Below are positions 10,685 to 20,870 of a stretch of 64,000 nt of DNA, piece by piece. Under the pieces are notes generated by a model. The model ran no database searches. It was not told the origin of the DNA and saw only the letters and a list, made by a program, of their open reading frames with translations. Numbering within the stretch: position 1 is the first letter of the stretch; the number at the start of each line of letters is the position of its first letter. The position numbers and the translations under genes were made by a program. This DNA is from an uncultured Clostridia bacterium (GTDB lineage: Bacteria; Bacillota; Clostridia; TANB77; CAG-508), in assembly GCA_947628735.1 (NCBI GenBank), contig CANRAY010000004.1, forward strand, positions 3,358 to 67,357. The letters are read 5' to 3'.

Positions 10685-11401
10685 ATGGAGGAGGAAATTA
10701 AGTTGAATACAAATTATTCAGATAACAACCACATTACCTTAGTGGGAAAAGTAACAAGCGAAAAGAGGTTTAGCCATGAAATATATGGAGAAAAATTCTA
10801 TATATTTGATTTAAGTATACCTCGTTTGAGTGGAAATGCAGACAATATACCAATTACAATATCAGAAAGACTATTAACACAAACAGACTTACCAATAGAT
10901 AGTAAAATATCAGTAGAAGGACAATTTAGATCATATAATTGCTATCAAGGTGAAAAAAACAGATTAATTCTTACTGTATTTGCAAAAGAAGTTGAATTTT
11001 TAGAAAATCAAGAAGAGGAAATTCAAGTAGGAAAAGATGTTACAACAAATGAAGTAATACTAGATGGTTACATTTGTAAAAAACCAATTTATAGAAAAAC
11101 ACCATTTGGAAGAGAAATTGCAGATTTATTATTAGCTGTTAATCGTTCTTATAATAAATCAGACTATATTCCATGTATTGCATGGGGAAGAAATGCAAAA
11201 TTCTGTGAAACTGTACCAGTAGGAGCAGAAATTAGAATTGTAGGTAGAGTACAGTCAAGAGAATATGAAAAGAAATATGAAGATGGTACAATTGAGAAAC
11301 GTGTTGCTTATGAAGTTTCAGTTGCAAGTCTTGAAATCATAGATAAGGAATCAGGAGAAAAAGAAGAATCAGAAGCTTCAGAAAATGCGGAAGCTATATA
11401 A
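10685..11401 (+). CDS. SSB-like protein with two tandem OB folds
   Basis: The C-terminal half has an SSB-like pattern (LLLAVNR...DYIPCIAWGRNA...VGAEIRIVGRVQSREYEKK.DG...RVAYEVSV). The N-terminal half is a second OB-like unit. It has an acidic C-terminal tail, as SSBs do. Confidence 0.55.
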   Translation: MEEEIKLNTNYSDNNHITLVGKVTSEKRFSHEIYGEKFYIFDLSIPRLSGNADNIPITISERLLTQTDLPIDSKISVEGQFRSYNCYQGEKNRLILTVFAKEVEFLENQEEEIQVGKDVTTNEVILDGYICKKPIYRKTPFGREIADLLLAVNRSYNKSDYIPCIAWGRNAKFCETVPVGAEIRIVGRVQSREYEKKYEDGTIEKRVAYEVSVASLEIIDKESGEKEESEASENAEAI

Positions 11402-11452
11402 TTAAAATATATATGCTTAAAACAAAAGATGATAATTAACATAAAAGATTCC

Positions 11453-11485
11453 AAAAAGCCGGAGCAAAAGCTCCGGCTTTTTTTA
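11453..11485 (+). terminator. Rho-independent terminator
   Basis: GCCGGAGC-aaaa-GCTCCGGC followed by TTTTTTT. Confidence 0.85.
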
Positions 11486-11557
11486 TAAATTTAGTTATCA
11501 AAATTTACTTTATTTGGTATAATAAGATTATTATTGAAAAAGGAAAAAAGGAAAATT

Positions 11558-12232
11558 ATGAATAGAACAAAATTAAGTGAAAGAGTATTACCAAGTTATA
11601 CAAAAGGAGAAGAAATTTTTAATATGACTTCTCATATTGTAGGAGCAGCTTTAGGTGTGGTGGCTATTGTATTATGTGTTATTAGAGCTGCTACACATGG
11701 AAGCGTGTATGGAGTGGTAAGTGCTGCTATTTATGGTAGCATGATGCTTATTTTATATACAATGTCTAGCATTTATCATGGACTAAGTCCAAAATGTACA
11801 GGGAAAAAGGTATTACAAGTTTTAGATCATTGTACTATATTTTTACAAATAGCAGGTTCTTATACACCTTTTGCTCTTTGTACTTTTCGTGAATATAATC
11901 CTGCTATAGGTTGGACTTTATTTGGTGTTATATGGGGCATGGCTATTTTAGGAATTGTTTTAAATGCAATTGATTTAAAGAAATATAAAAGATTTTCTAT
12001 GATATGTTATTTGGTAATGGGATGGGTTATATTAGTTAGAGTTGATTTATTCCCTAAATTACTCGCACCTACAGGAATAGCATTGTTAGTATTAGGTGGA
12101 ATTGCCTATACAATAGGAGCTGTATTATATGGAGTTGGAAAAAAACATAAATATATGCATTCTATTTTTCATTTATTTATTTTGTTAGGTAGCGTTTTAC
12201 AATTTTTCTGTATTTTATTATATGTATTGTAA
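11558..12232 (+). CDS. Hemolysin III family (PAQR / HlyIII) membrane protein
   Basis: Seven TM helices with conserved His residues (SHIVGA, YHG, HxxxH-like FHLFIL), typical of YqfA/HlyIII. Confidence 0.85.
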   Translation: MNRTKLSERVLPSYTKGEEIFNMTSHIVGAALGVVAIVLCVIRAATHGSVYGVVSAAIYGSMMLILYTMSSIYHGLSPKCTGKKVLQVLDHCTIFLQIAGSYTPFALCTFREYNPAIGWTLFGVIWGMAILGIVLNAIDLKKYKRFSMICYLVMGWVILVRVDLFPKLLAPTGIALLVLGGIAYTIGAVLYGVGKKHKYMHSIFHLFILLGSVLQFFCILLYVL

Positions 12233-12364
12233 AATAAAAAAAACTTTACTAATTTATAAAGTTGATATATAATGTGTACGAAATGTTTTTCAAACCGTCA
12301 GGCTTATACTACTTAATTAAGAGTATACTGATTTTATTTATGTAATAAAACTGAGGAGATAAAC

Positions 12365-13543
12365 ATGAGAAACTTTAAAGATTATAGTGAGTATGACAGA
12401 AAAGAAAATTGGAAAGTAGGTTCAAAACTAGTACATGGAGCAGCAGGGGGAGATCCATTAACAGGTTCTGTTAGTTTTCCTATTTACCAAACAGCGACAT
12501 TTAGATTTAGAGCATTAGGAGATTCATTAGGATTTGACTATACAAGATGTCAAAATCCAACCATTGAAGAATTAGAAAGAACAATGGCAATGTTAGAGGA
12601 AGGAACAGAGGGATTTGCATTAGGAAGTGGTATGGCAGCTGTTATGTGTGCTTTTTCTATTTTAAAACCTGGAGATCATATTATTTTATCAGATGATATT
12701 TATGGTGGAACTTATGAAATTGCACAAACTGTATTTGTTGAAAATAAAATAGAGAAGACATTTGTAGATCTAAGTGATTTAAATAAGTTTAAGGCAAGTA
12801 TAAAACCAAATACAAAAATGGTATTTATTGAAACTCCAACAAATCCAATGATGAAAGTTGCAGATATTGCGGAAATTTCTAAAATTGCAAAAGAAAAAGG
12901 TATTGTTGTAGCGGTAGATAATACATTGCTTACACCATATTATCAAAAACCTTTAACATTAGGAGCAGATATTGTAGTTCATAGTGGAACAAAATATCTA
13001 GAAGGACATAATGATACTATTGCAGGAATGGTAGTTGTTAAAGATGAAAAATTAGGACAAGCTATGCGTAATTTCTTGAAATATCAAGGAGCTTGTTTAG
13101 CACCATTAAATGCATGGTTAACATTAAGAGGAATAAAAACATTAGAAGTTAGAATGCAAAGACATAATGAAAATACGATGAAAGTAGCTAAATGGTTACG
13201 AAATCATCCAAAAGTAAAGAAAGTATATTATATAGGATTTGAAGATCATCCAAACTATGCTGTAACAAAGAAACAATGTACTGGTTTTGGAGGTATGCTT
13301 TCATTTGAAGTAGATAGTAAAGAGACAGCTTTAAAAGCAATTGAAAAAGTAAAAATGATTATATTTGCAGGAAGCTTAGGAGGAGTAGAAAGTTTAATTA
13401 CGTATCCTATGGTTGTTACACATCATGAAGTACCAGAAGATGTAAGAGAGGCACTAGGAATTAATGATAGATTTTTAAGATTATCTGTTGGTATTGAAGA
13501 TGCAGATGATATTATTGCAGATTTAGAACAGGCTTTAAAATAA
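12365..13543 (+). CDS. Cys/Met-metabolism PLP-dependent enzyme (cystathionine gamma-synthase/beta-lyase family)
   Basis: 392 aa. PLP-lysine motif SGTKYLEGHNDTIAG, and the family's N-terminal FPIYQTATF. Confidence 0.85.
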   Translation: MRNFKDYSEYDRKENWKVGSKLVHGAAGGDPLTGSVSFPIYQTATFRFRALGDSLGFDYTRCQNPTIEELERTMAMLEEGTEGFALGSGMAAVMCAFSILKPGDHIILSDDIYGGTYEIAQTVFVENKIEKTFVDLSDLNKFKASIKPNTKMVFIETPTNPMMKVADIAEISKIAKEKGIVVAVDNTLLTPYYQKPLTLGADIVVHSGTKYLEGHNDTIAGMVVVKDEKLGQAMRNFLKYQGACLAPLNAWLTLRGIKTLEVRMQRHNENTMKVAKWLRNHPKVKKVYYIGFEDHPNYAVTKKQCTGFGGMLSFEVDSKETALKAIEKVKMIIFAGSLGGVESLITYPMVVTHHEVPEDVREALGINDRFLRLSVGIEDADDIIADLEQALK

Positions 13544-13613
13544 TAAAGATGTAATATTGCTAAGGAAGAAAAGCTTACCTTAGCAATATTAGTATATGGA
13601 AAGGGACGAGGAT

Positions 13614-14474
13614 ATGAAAATTAAATTTACAAAAATGCAAGCATATGGTAATGATTATGTATATATAGATGCAATTCATCAAAAGGTAGATAAATTAGAT
13701 GAATTGTCAAGATTTTTAAGTAATAGGCACTTCGGAGTTGGCTCTGATGGTATTGTATTAATTTGTCCATCAGAAATAGCAGACTTTAGAATGAGAATGT
13801 TTAATCCAGATGGTACTGAAGGAGAAATGTGTGGAAATGCACTTAGAAGTTTGAGCAAATATGTGTATGTACACAAACTAACAGATAAAACAGATCTAGT
13901 AATTGAAACTTTAGGAGGATTACAAAAGGTAAAACTATTTGTAGAAAATGGTGATGTTGTTAATATAGAGGCTAATATCGGAGAACCAAGGTTGAGCACA
14001 AAAGTGATTCCTGTTAATACAAATGAGGATGAATTTATAGAACAACCAGTTCAAATTTTAGATAAGGTTTTTAAAATTTCTGCACTTTCATGGGGAAATC
14101 CACATTGTGTTATTTTCTTAGATGATGTAGAACATTTTGATGTTCATAAATATGGTAAAGAAATTGAATATAAAACAGATTTATTTCCAAATAAAACAAA
14201 TGTCACATTTGCTCAAGTAATTAATCGTAATTATATTAAAATGAGAGAATGGGAAAGAGGCACAGGAGAAACAATTGGATGTGGTACTGGATGTTGTACT
14301 GCAGCAGTATTTGCTTCTATTACAGGTAGATGTGATAGACAAGTTACTGTTGAACAAATTGGTGGAAATTTAGAAGTAAATTGGGATGAAAAAACTAATA
14401 CAGTATTTATGAAAGGACCTTCTCATACAGTTTTTGAATCAGAAATTGATGTTCCTTTTCTTATGGAAAAGTAA
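13614..14474 (+). CDS. dapF: Diaminopimelate epimerase
   Basis: MKIKFTKMQAYGNDYVYID start. Catalytic Cys pair (MCGNALRS and IGCGTGCCTAAV). Start is taken at the second in-frame ATG, which has an SD. Confidence 0.88.
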   Translation: MKIKFTKMQAYGNDYVYIDAIHQKVDKLDELSRFLSNRHFGVGSDGIVLICPSEIADFRMRMFNPDGTEGEMCGNALRSLSKYVYVHKLTDKTDLVIETLGGLQKVKLFVENGDVVNIEANIGEPRLSTKVIPVNTNEDEFIEQPVQILDKVFKISALSWGNPHCVIFLDDVEHFDVHKYGKEIEYKTDLFPNKTNVTFAQVINRNYIKMREWERGTGETIGCGTGCCTAAVFASITGRCDRQVTVEQIGGNLEVNWDEKTNTVFMKGPSHTVFESEIDVPFLMEK

Positions 14475-14482
14475 AGGAGGAC

Positions 14483-15970
14483 GTGAATATGAAGAAGTTA
14501 AAGGAAATATTAAAACATGTTGATTATGAATTAGTTAAAGGTAGCTTAGATATTGAAATTAAAGATATTAAAGATAATTCACAAAATGTTGAAGCAGGAG
14601 ATTTATTTATGGCATTAGTTGGAACAACAGCTGATTCTCATAAATTTATACCAAATGCAATTCAAAATGGGGCTAAGGCTATTATTATTGAAAGAGATAT
14701 CACAATAGAGGAAGATGTGACTGTTATTAAGGTTAAATCTTCTAGAGCTGTTCTTGGACCAATATCATCTGCATATTTTGATTATCCTGCTGAAAAGCTA
14801 ACTACAGTTGGAATTACAGGAACTTGTGGTAAAACTTCTACATCTTATATTATTAAAAGTATGTTAGAGGAATTTGGATATAAAGTTGGTATTATTGGTA
14901 CAATTTGTGCAATGATAGGTGAAAGGAAAATAGAAATTCATAATACTACTCCAAGTGCTTATGAAGTACAAAAATTGTTTCATGAGATGGTAGAAGAAGG
15001 TTGTAAATATGCTGTTATGGAAGTATCATCTCAAGGATTAAAAATGGATAGAGTAGCAGGTATTACATTTGATTATGGAATATTTACAAATCTTTCTATT
15101 GATCATATAGGACCTAATGAACATGAGAGTTTTGAAGAATATTTATATTGCAAAAGCCTATTATTTAAACAATGCAAAGTTGGAATTATTAATAGTGATT
15201 CAGAATATTGGGAAAAGATTATAAAAGGTCATACTTGTGATATTATTAAATATGGTTTTAATGATCAGAATGCAGATATGAAAGCATCTAATATTAAATT
15301 TTTAATGGAAGATAATTTTATAGGTGCGCAATTTGATGTATCTGGTAAAGTTAGTGCTACATTTAAATTAGATATTCCAGGTAGATTTTCTGTATATAAT
15401 GCTTTATGTGCAATTAGTGTGGCTTATGAACTTGGAATAGATGTAGAAAGTATGAAAAAAGCATTAGAAAAAGTAAAAGTACTTGGAAGAATGGAATTAG
15501 TTAGTTCTAATGAAAAATATAAATTGATTATTGATTATGCTCATAATAGAGATGAAATGGATAATTTAATGGATACTATTTCAGAATACAAACCTAAAAG
15601 ATTAGTTTGTATTTTTGGTGGTGGAGGCAATAGAGCTAAATCTAGAAGATATGACATGGGTGAAGTTTCTGGAAAATGGGCAGATCTAACAATTCTAACA
15701 GAGGATAATCCAAGATTTGAAGAAATTGAATCTATTAATAATGATATAATAGTAGGGTTAAATAAATATAATGGTAAATATATTTTTATAAAGGATAGAA
15801 AAGAAGCTATAAAGTATGCAATGAAAAATGCTGAACAAGGTGATATTATTCTTTTGATAGGTAAAGGACATGAAAATTATCAAGATATTAAAGGTGTAAA
15901 ATATCCTTGGGATGAAAGAAAAGCTGTAAAAGAGGCAGAAGAGGAACTAAAAAGTGAAGAAAATAGATAA
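14483..15970 (+). CDS. murE: UDP-N-acetylmuramoyl-L-alanyl-D-glutamate--2,6-diaminopimelate ligase
   Basis: Mur ligase P-loop GITGTCGKTST. The DNPR motif (TEDNPRFE) is diagnostic of meso-DAP-adding MurE. Confidence 0.9.
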   Translation: MNMKKLKEILKHVDYELVKGSLDIEIKDIKDNSQNVEAGDLFMALVGTTADSHKFIPNAIQNGAKAIIIERDITIEEDVTVIKVKSSRAVLGPISSAYFDYPAEKLTTVGITGTCGKTSTSYIIKSMLEEFGYKVGIIGTICAMIGERKIEIHNTTPSAYEVQKLFHEMVEEGCKYAVMEVSSQGLKMDRVAGITFDYGIFTNLSIDHIGPNEHESFEEYLYCKSLLFKQCKVGIINSDSEYWEKIIKGHTCDIIKYGFNDQNADMKASNIKFLMEDNFIGAQFDVSGKVSATFKLDIPGRFSVYNALCAISVAYELGIDVESMKKALEKVKVLGRMELVSSNEKYKLIIDYAHNRDEMDNLMDTISEYKPKRLVCIFGGGGNRAKSRRYDMGEVSGKWADLTILTEDNPRFEEIESINNDIIVGLNKYNGKYIFIKDRKEAIKYAMKNAEQGDIILLIGKGHENYQDIKGVKYPWDERKAVKEAEEELKSEENR

Positions 15971-16026
15971 TATATAAAATATAGAAATAAATAATTTATT
16001 CATAAGAAGAAAATGGTGGTGAAAAA

Positions 16027-17247
16027 ATGGAAATTATAGAGAAAATAATTTTTAGTTTAATAGCGTTTACGTTGTTCATTATTATATTTGCGAAAATGAT
16101 TAAAAAAAATGATACAACATATGTATATGTTTTAGGAATTCAATTTTTAGGAATTGTTGTTAGGTTTTTAGAATTAATTTTTAGTTGGTCTTTACCTCCA
16201 TTTTTGGTAGTGATTATTTATGTATTATCAATTGTAATACCTTTTGCTGTTATTTATATTGAAAAAAAGTTGAAATATGACTTACCGGAATTAGTATATA
16301 TTGCTATGGCACAAATTAGCATTAAATCTGGAAAGAATGATGTTGCAAAAGATTATTTATTTAATTTAATGAATAAGTATCCTCAAAGTTATTTAGCACA
16401 TAAAACCTTAGCTGAATTATATGAAAAAGAAGGAAAAAATTCAAATGCAATAGATGAATATATTCGTGTAACAGAAATTAATAATAAAGATTATCGTATT
16501 AAATATAATATAGCTACTTTACTTAATAAAGAGGGACGTAATGAGGAGTCGGTTTCTATATTACAAGATCTAGTGAAAATTAAGCCTGAAGATTATAAAA
16601 TTACGGAGCTTTTAGGTAATGTGTTATGCTCAGAAGAACGTTATAAAGAAGCAATCTCTGTTTATATGAGTGCGCTAAGATATAATCCTGCAAATTATGA
16701 TTTATATTATAATTTGGGAATGGCATATACAATGGTAAATGATTTCCAAAGGGCTAAAGAGTTTTATGACAAGGCTGCGGAGGTTAATAGTTTATTATAT
16801 AATGCTAAATTGAGTCTTGGACAAATTGCTTTAATTTGTGGAGATTTGGATGAAGCGGAACATTATTTTAATGAAAGTCTTAAAGGTGAAGAAGTAGAAG
16901 GAGGTTCTTACTATTATTTATCACAGGTTGCAATGCTTAAAGGTGAAAAAGAAAAAGCTACTAATTATATGAATCTAGCTGTTAGCATAGAGCCAAAAAT
17001 GTATGATAAAGCACAAAAAGAACCTGTTTTTCAACCAATAAAACAAGAAATACATGAACCAACAGAAGAAGAAAAAGAAAATAATAAACCAATTAAATTA
17101 AATCCAAAGGAAAGAAAGGCAGTGAATCATTTAGCTAAAACTTGTACTTTGGTGAGTGGTTTAAATCATGATGATATAAAAGCAATGAAAAATATGAAAG
17201 AAAAAGAGAAAGAAGAAATACGAAAAGAAAGACAAAGAGGTAATTAG
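16027..17247 (+). CDS. Membrane-anchored TPR-repeat protein
   Basis: Two N-terminal TM helices followed by multiple TPR-like repeats (YNLGMAY..., AKLSLGQIAL...). Confidence 0.65.
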   Translation: MEIIEKIIFSLIAFTLFIIIFAKMIKKNDTTYVYVLGIQFLGIVVRFLELIFSWSLPPFLVVIIYVLSIVIPFAVIYIEKKLKYDLPELVYIAMAQISIKSGKNDVAKDYLFNLMNKYPQSYLAHKTLAELYEKEGKNSNAIDEYIRVTEINNKDYRIKYNIATLLNKEGRNEESVSILQDLVKIKPEDYKITELLGNVLCSEERYKEAISVYMSALRYNPANYDLYYNLGMAYTMVNDFQRAKEFYDKAAEVNSLLYNAKLSLGQIALICGDLDEAEHYFNESLKGEEVEGGSYYYLSQVAMLKGEKEKATNYMNLAVSIEPKMYDKAQKEPVFQPIKQEIHEPTEEEKENNKPIKLNPKERKAVNHLAKTCTLVSGLNHDDIKAMKNMKEKEKEEIRKERQRGN

Positions 17248-17444
17248 TATTATTAATATGGTGCTCTCATATAATATTAAAAATGAATATAAAGGGAGTG
17301 CTATGATGAAAAGAAAAGTATCAATAATACGGTGGAGATTTACGTATAGCAAAATTAATAGAACTTTTTGCTGACGAAGAATACACCGTATTTTTTTATG
17401 GACAGGAAAAGTATTTTCAAAATTTAGAAAATAAAACAGAACAA

Positions 17445-18194
17445 ATGTCAAAAAGAGAAAAATATTTAAAGCAATGCAATACTTTAGAAGATTGTGTTTC
17501 TGCTAGTGATAATATTATTAGTGGTATTCCATTTTCAAAAGATAATGTAACAATTCATGCACCGTTTAGTAATGAAATTATAAAAATAGATACGCTGATC
17601 AAATTATTGAAAAATAAGTCATTTTTTGCAGGAGTTATTCCAAAAAATGTTTTAGAGTGTAATTATGAAAATGTGGAAATAATAGATTTTAATGAAATAG
17701 AATCTTTTTCTATTTTAAATGCGATTCCAACAGTTGAAGGAACATTAAAAATAGCAATAGAAGAAACAAAAGGTACAATTTATGATTCAAATGTTATGAT
17801 TTTTGGATATGGAAGAATCGGAAAAATATTATGTAATCGTTTTAAAATGATGGGAGCAAATGTTTATTGCGTAGCTAGAGATAGTTCAGATCTTACATGG
17901 ATAAGAGCGGAAAAATGTGTGCCTGTAACTTATCAAAAAGCAGAAGAATATGTAGAAAAAATGAATTTTTTGATTAATACAGTTCCAAGCCCGGTTATTG
18001 GAAATAATATATTACGAAAATTATCATCAGATTGTTTTATTATAGATCTAGCTTCTAGTCCGGGAGGGGTTGACAAAGAGTGCGCTGAGATGTATAAAAT
18101 AAGAAATATAGTAGCATTGGGGATTCCGGGAAAAATAGCACCAAATGCGACAGCAAAATATATAAAAGAAGTAATTCAAGAAAAATTAAATTAG
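17445..18194 (+). CDS. dpaA: Dipicolinate synthase subunit A (SpoVFA/DpaA)
   Basis: Strong match to B. subtilis SpoVFA blocks: NAIPTVEGT, Rossmann GYGRIGK...GANV, INTVPS and IIDLASSPGG...GIPGKIAP. Confidence 0.85.
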   Translation: MSKREKYLKQCNTLEDCVSASDNIISGIPFSKDNVTIHAPFSNEIIKIDTLIKLLKNKSFFAGVIPKNVLECNYENVEIIDFNEIESFSILNAIPTVEGTLKIAIEETKGTIYDSNVMIFGYGRIGKILCNRFKMMGANVYCVARDSSDLTWIRAEKCVPVTYQKAEEYVEKMNFLINTVPSPVIGNNILRKLSSDCFIIDLASSPGGVDKECAEMYKIRNIVALGIPGKIAPNATAKYIKEVIQEKLN

Positions 18195-18211
18195 ATTAGA
18201 AAGGAGAAAAA

Positions 18212-19015
18212 ATGACGTTATTACAAGCAATTATTTTAGGAGTTGTTCAAGGATTGACAGAATTTTTACCCATTTCTAGTTCAGGTCATTTAAATGTTTT
18301 TCCATGGTTATTAGGATGGGAACCATTATCAGAAGGAATGGATGTGGCATTACATATAGGCACTTTATTAGCATTAATTCTTTTCTTCTTTAAAGATTGG
18401 GTTATATTAGTAAGAGCAGGTTATAGACAAGTGATAAAAAGAGAAAATACAAGAGATGGAAGAATGTTTTGGTATTTAGTAATAGCAACAATACCTGCAG
18501 GTATTTTAAGTTTGATATTAGATCATATTGCTAAAGCAATTATAGGAGATAATTTAGGACTAGAAATGCTAACAATTTCATTTTTCTTGATTGTTATGGG
18601 AGTTATTTTGTATTATGTTGATAAAAATTCAAAATCAACAGTGGGATATAAAAAAATTTCTTTTAGACAAACATTTTTAGTTGGAATTTCACAAGCATTA
18701 GCAGCAGCATTTCCAGGAGTATCAAGATCTGGAATTACTATGACAACAGCAAGAGCACTTAATATTAAGAGAGAAAGTGCAGCAAGATTATCATTCCTTT
18801 TATCTATGCCAATTACTTTAGCAGCAGTTATATTTGATATTCCACATTTTGTGTTTTCATGGGAATTGTTAGCTGGAATATTAGCTAGTTTTTTAGTTGG
18901 TATTTTTGTAATTAAATTTTTATTAAATTATTTAAAAAAGGGAAATTTTAAAATTTTCGCAATTTATAGGGTTATTTTTGGTATAATTATTCTTGTATGT
19001 ATTTTGGTACGTTAA
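18212..19015 (+). CDS. uppP: Undecaprenyl-diphosphate phosphatase
   Basis: MTLLQAIILGVVQGLTEFLPISSSGHL N-terminus and the PGVSRSG motif. Confidence 0.95.
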   Translation: MTLLQAIILGVVQGLTEFLPISSSGHLNVFPWLLGWEPLSEGMDVALHIGTLLALILFFFKDWVILVRAGYRQVIKRENTRDGRMFWYLVIATIPAGILSLILDHIAKAIIGDNLGLEMLTISFFLIVMGVILYYVDKNSKSTVGYKKISFRQTFLVGISQALAAAFPGVSRSGITMTTARALNIKRESAARLSFLLSMPITLAAVIFDIPHFVFSWELLAGILASFLVGIFVIKFLLNYLKKGNFKIFAIYRVIFGIIILVCILVR

Positions 19016-19250
19016 AATTTGACAATATATTACAAAAATATTACAAATATATTACATTTGTATTAAATATAATAGTATAATATTGACTTTTAATTTAAAA
19101 AAGATAAAATAAATATGAATTTAGTATGAAATTAGATTTAAAATGCACATAAATGGATATTCCGCAAGAAAAAGGTAAAAGATTCAAGTAATAATTTGTC
19201 GTATTTCGTCAATTATAATAGTGTCTATTTAATAAACAAAGGAGAATAAT

Positions 19251-20870
19251 ATGTCAAGCTGTTTAGGATTATATATTGAGAGCAATGTAATTAAATATGC
19301 TAAAGTTACAAGAGATCGTGACGTACTAAAAGTTGAATCTTTTGGCATGAAATTTTACGAAAAACTTGAAGAAACAATTAATCAAATTGTTTCAGAAACT
19401 TACAGCTTTAAAACTCCAATTGCAGTTAACTTATCAGAAGAAATGTACAATTATTTCAATATGTTTAGCTTACTTAATAAAGCAGATTTGAAAAAGGCAA
19501 TAGACACGGAATTTGAATCATTTTGTTTTGAAAAAAACATTAACAAAAATGCATATGAATCAAGATATGCATTAGTAAATAATAATGATGATAAAGATAA
19601 AATAAAGGTTTTACACGTTTCAGCTAATAAAGCTACTATTTCAAAAATGATTCAAATTATGAAAGAAAACAAATTGACTACAATAACTCCAATAGGAATG
19701 TGTATACCTAATATTGCAGATATAAAACCTAAAGAAAATATTTTAATTGTTAATATGGAAAATATTACAACAATTACTTCAATTGTTGATCAAAAGGTAT
19801 ATAGTGTTGATAAAATTGCCGTTGGCTCTGATGAGGTTTTAGAAAAAATTGTAGCTAAGGAAAATTCTTATGTTAAAGCATATGAGATTTGTCGTAATTC
19901 TACAATATATACAATGGAAGGTAAAGAATTACAAGACGAAGAAAATGAGTACTTAGATGATATTATGCCAACATTATATAAAATTGTAACAAAACTTCAA
20001 GAATATGTGGCAGATTCAACAATTAAATATGATACAATTTATATCACAGGAACGTTATCTGTGATTAATAATGTTGATTTATATTTCCAAGAATATTTTA
20101 CAGAGGAAAAGTGCGAAATATTGAGACCATATTTCGTAACAGATAATACAAAGATTAATATAAAAGATTATATAGAAGTTAATTCAGCTATTGCTATTGC
20201 AGCACAAGGCGTTGGATATGGAATCCAAAGTATGAACTTTAAGGATCCTACTTTTTCAGATAAGCTTCCTAGTTGGCTAACAGGTGGTTCAGAAGAAAAA
20301 AAAGAAGGAAAAAAAGGCGGATTTAAGATTAATTTGTCTAGTGGCGGAAAAGGATTAGATGCTACTGAAAGATGGTTATTCCGTACAGCAGGTGGAATTC
20401 TTATACTAGTCTTAATTTATGTAGGATTTTCTATTTATTTAGATAGACAAATTAGTGATAAAATAGCAGAAGTAGATGATGTAAAATCAGATACATTAAC
20501 ACAGATTAGTTTAGTAGAAAATGATACGAATTCTGTAAAACAAAAAACAAATAGATATATTGAATTATCAGAAAATTTAAGAAATATTAGTCAACGTGTA
20601 GAAGATGCAGCAAAGGTTAAAAATAATATACCAAATCTATTAACAAGATTAATGTCTATTATTCCAAAAGATGTTCAGTTATTGTCAATTGAAAATACTA
20701 CTGGAACTCATGTAGTAATAGGAGCACAATCTAGAAAATATGAGCAATTGGGATATTTTAAAGCAAAAATAAAAGAAGATAATATTTTAGTTAAAAATAC
20801 AGTTATATCAACACAAGGAGAAAAACAAGGCGAATTTGTAAAAATAACAATAGAGGGGGATTTGCCATGA
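19251..20870 (+). CDS. pilM: Type IV pilus assembly protein, PilM-PilN fusion
   Basis: The N-terminal ~350 aa are an actin-like ATPase-fold PilM. This is followed by a TM helix (ILILVLIYVGFSIYL) and a PilN-like periplasmic domain. 539 aa. Confidence 0.75.
   Translation: MSSCLGLYIESNVIKYAKVTRDRDVLKVESFGMKFYEKLEETINQIVSETYSFKTPIAVNLSEEMYNYFNMFSLLNKADLKKAIDTEFESFCFEKNINKNAYESRYALVNNNDDKDKIKVLHVSANKATISKMIQIMKENKLTTITPIGMCIPNIADIKPKENILIVNMENITTITSIVDQKVYSVDKIAVGSDEVLEKIVAKENSYVKAYEICRNSTIYTMEGKELQDEENEYLDDIMPTLYKIVTKLQEYVADSTIKYDTIYITGTLSVINNVDLYFQEYFTEEKCEILRPYFVTDNTKINIKDYIEVNSAIAIAAQGVGYGIQSMNFKDPTFSDKLPSWLTGGSEEKKEGKKGGFKINLSSGGKGLDATERWLFRTAGGILILVLIYVGFSIYLDRQISDKIAEVDDVKSDTLTQISLVENDTNSVKQKTNRYIELSENLRNISQRVEDAAKVKNNIPNLLTRLMSIIPKDVQLLSIENTTGTHVVIGAQSRKYEQLGYFKAKIKEDNILVKNTVISTQGEKQGEFVKITIEGDLP

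Noticed and set aside
11534-11557. Upstream extensions from the ORF track: 11534 (hemolysin III), 13596 (dapF), 28373 (ROK kinase), 39051-40414 (serS), 40786 (pilin-like), 55910 (deacetylase), 57010 (yqfD), 60725 (DUF3048) and 7682-7796 (Cys-rich protein)
   Set aside because: Each extension overlaps the preceding gene, a leader RNA or promoter DNA and lacks an SD. Internal starts with good SD spacing were preferred.
17320-17400. Large-loop hairpin plus T-run upstream of dpaA as a riboswitch
   Set aside because: The stem (TACGGTG/CACCGTA) is real but the 50-nt loop has no recognisable conserved riboswitch core. It may simply be the terminator of the TPR gene, and the evidence is insufficient.
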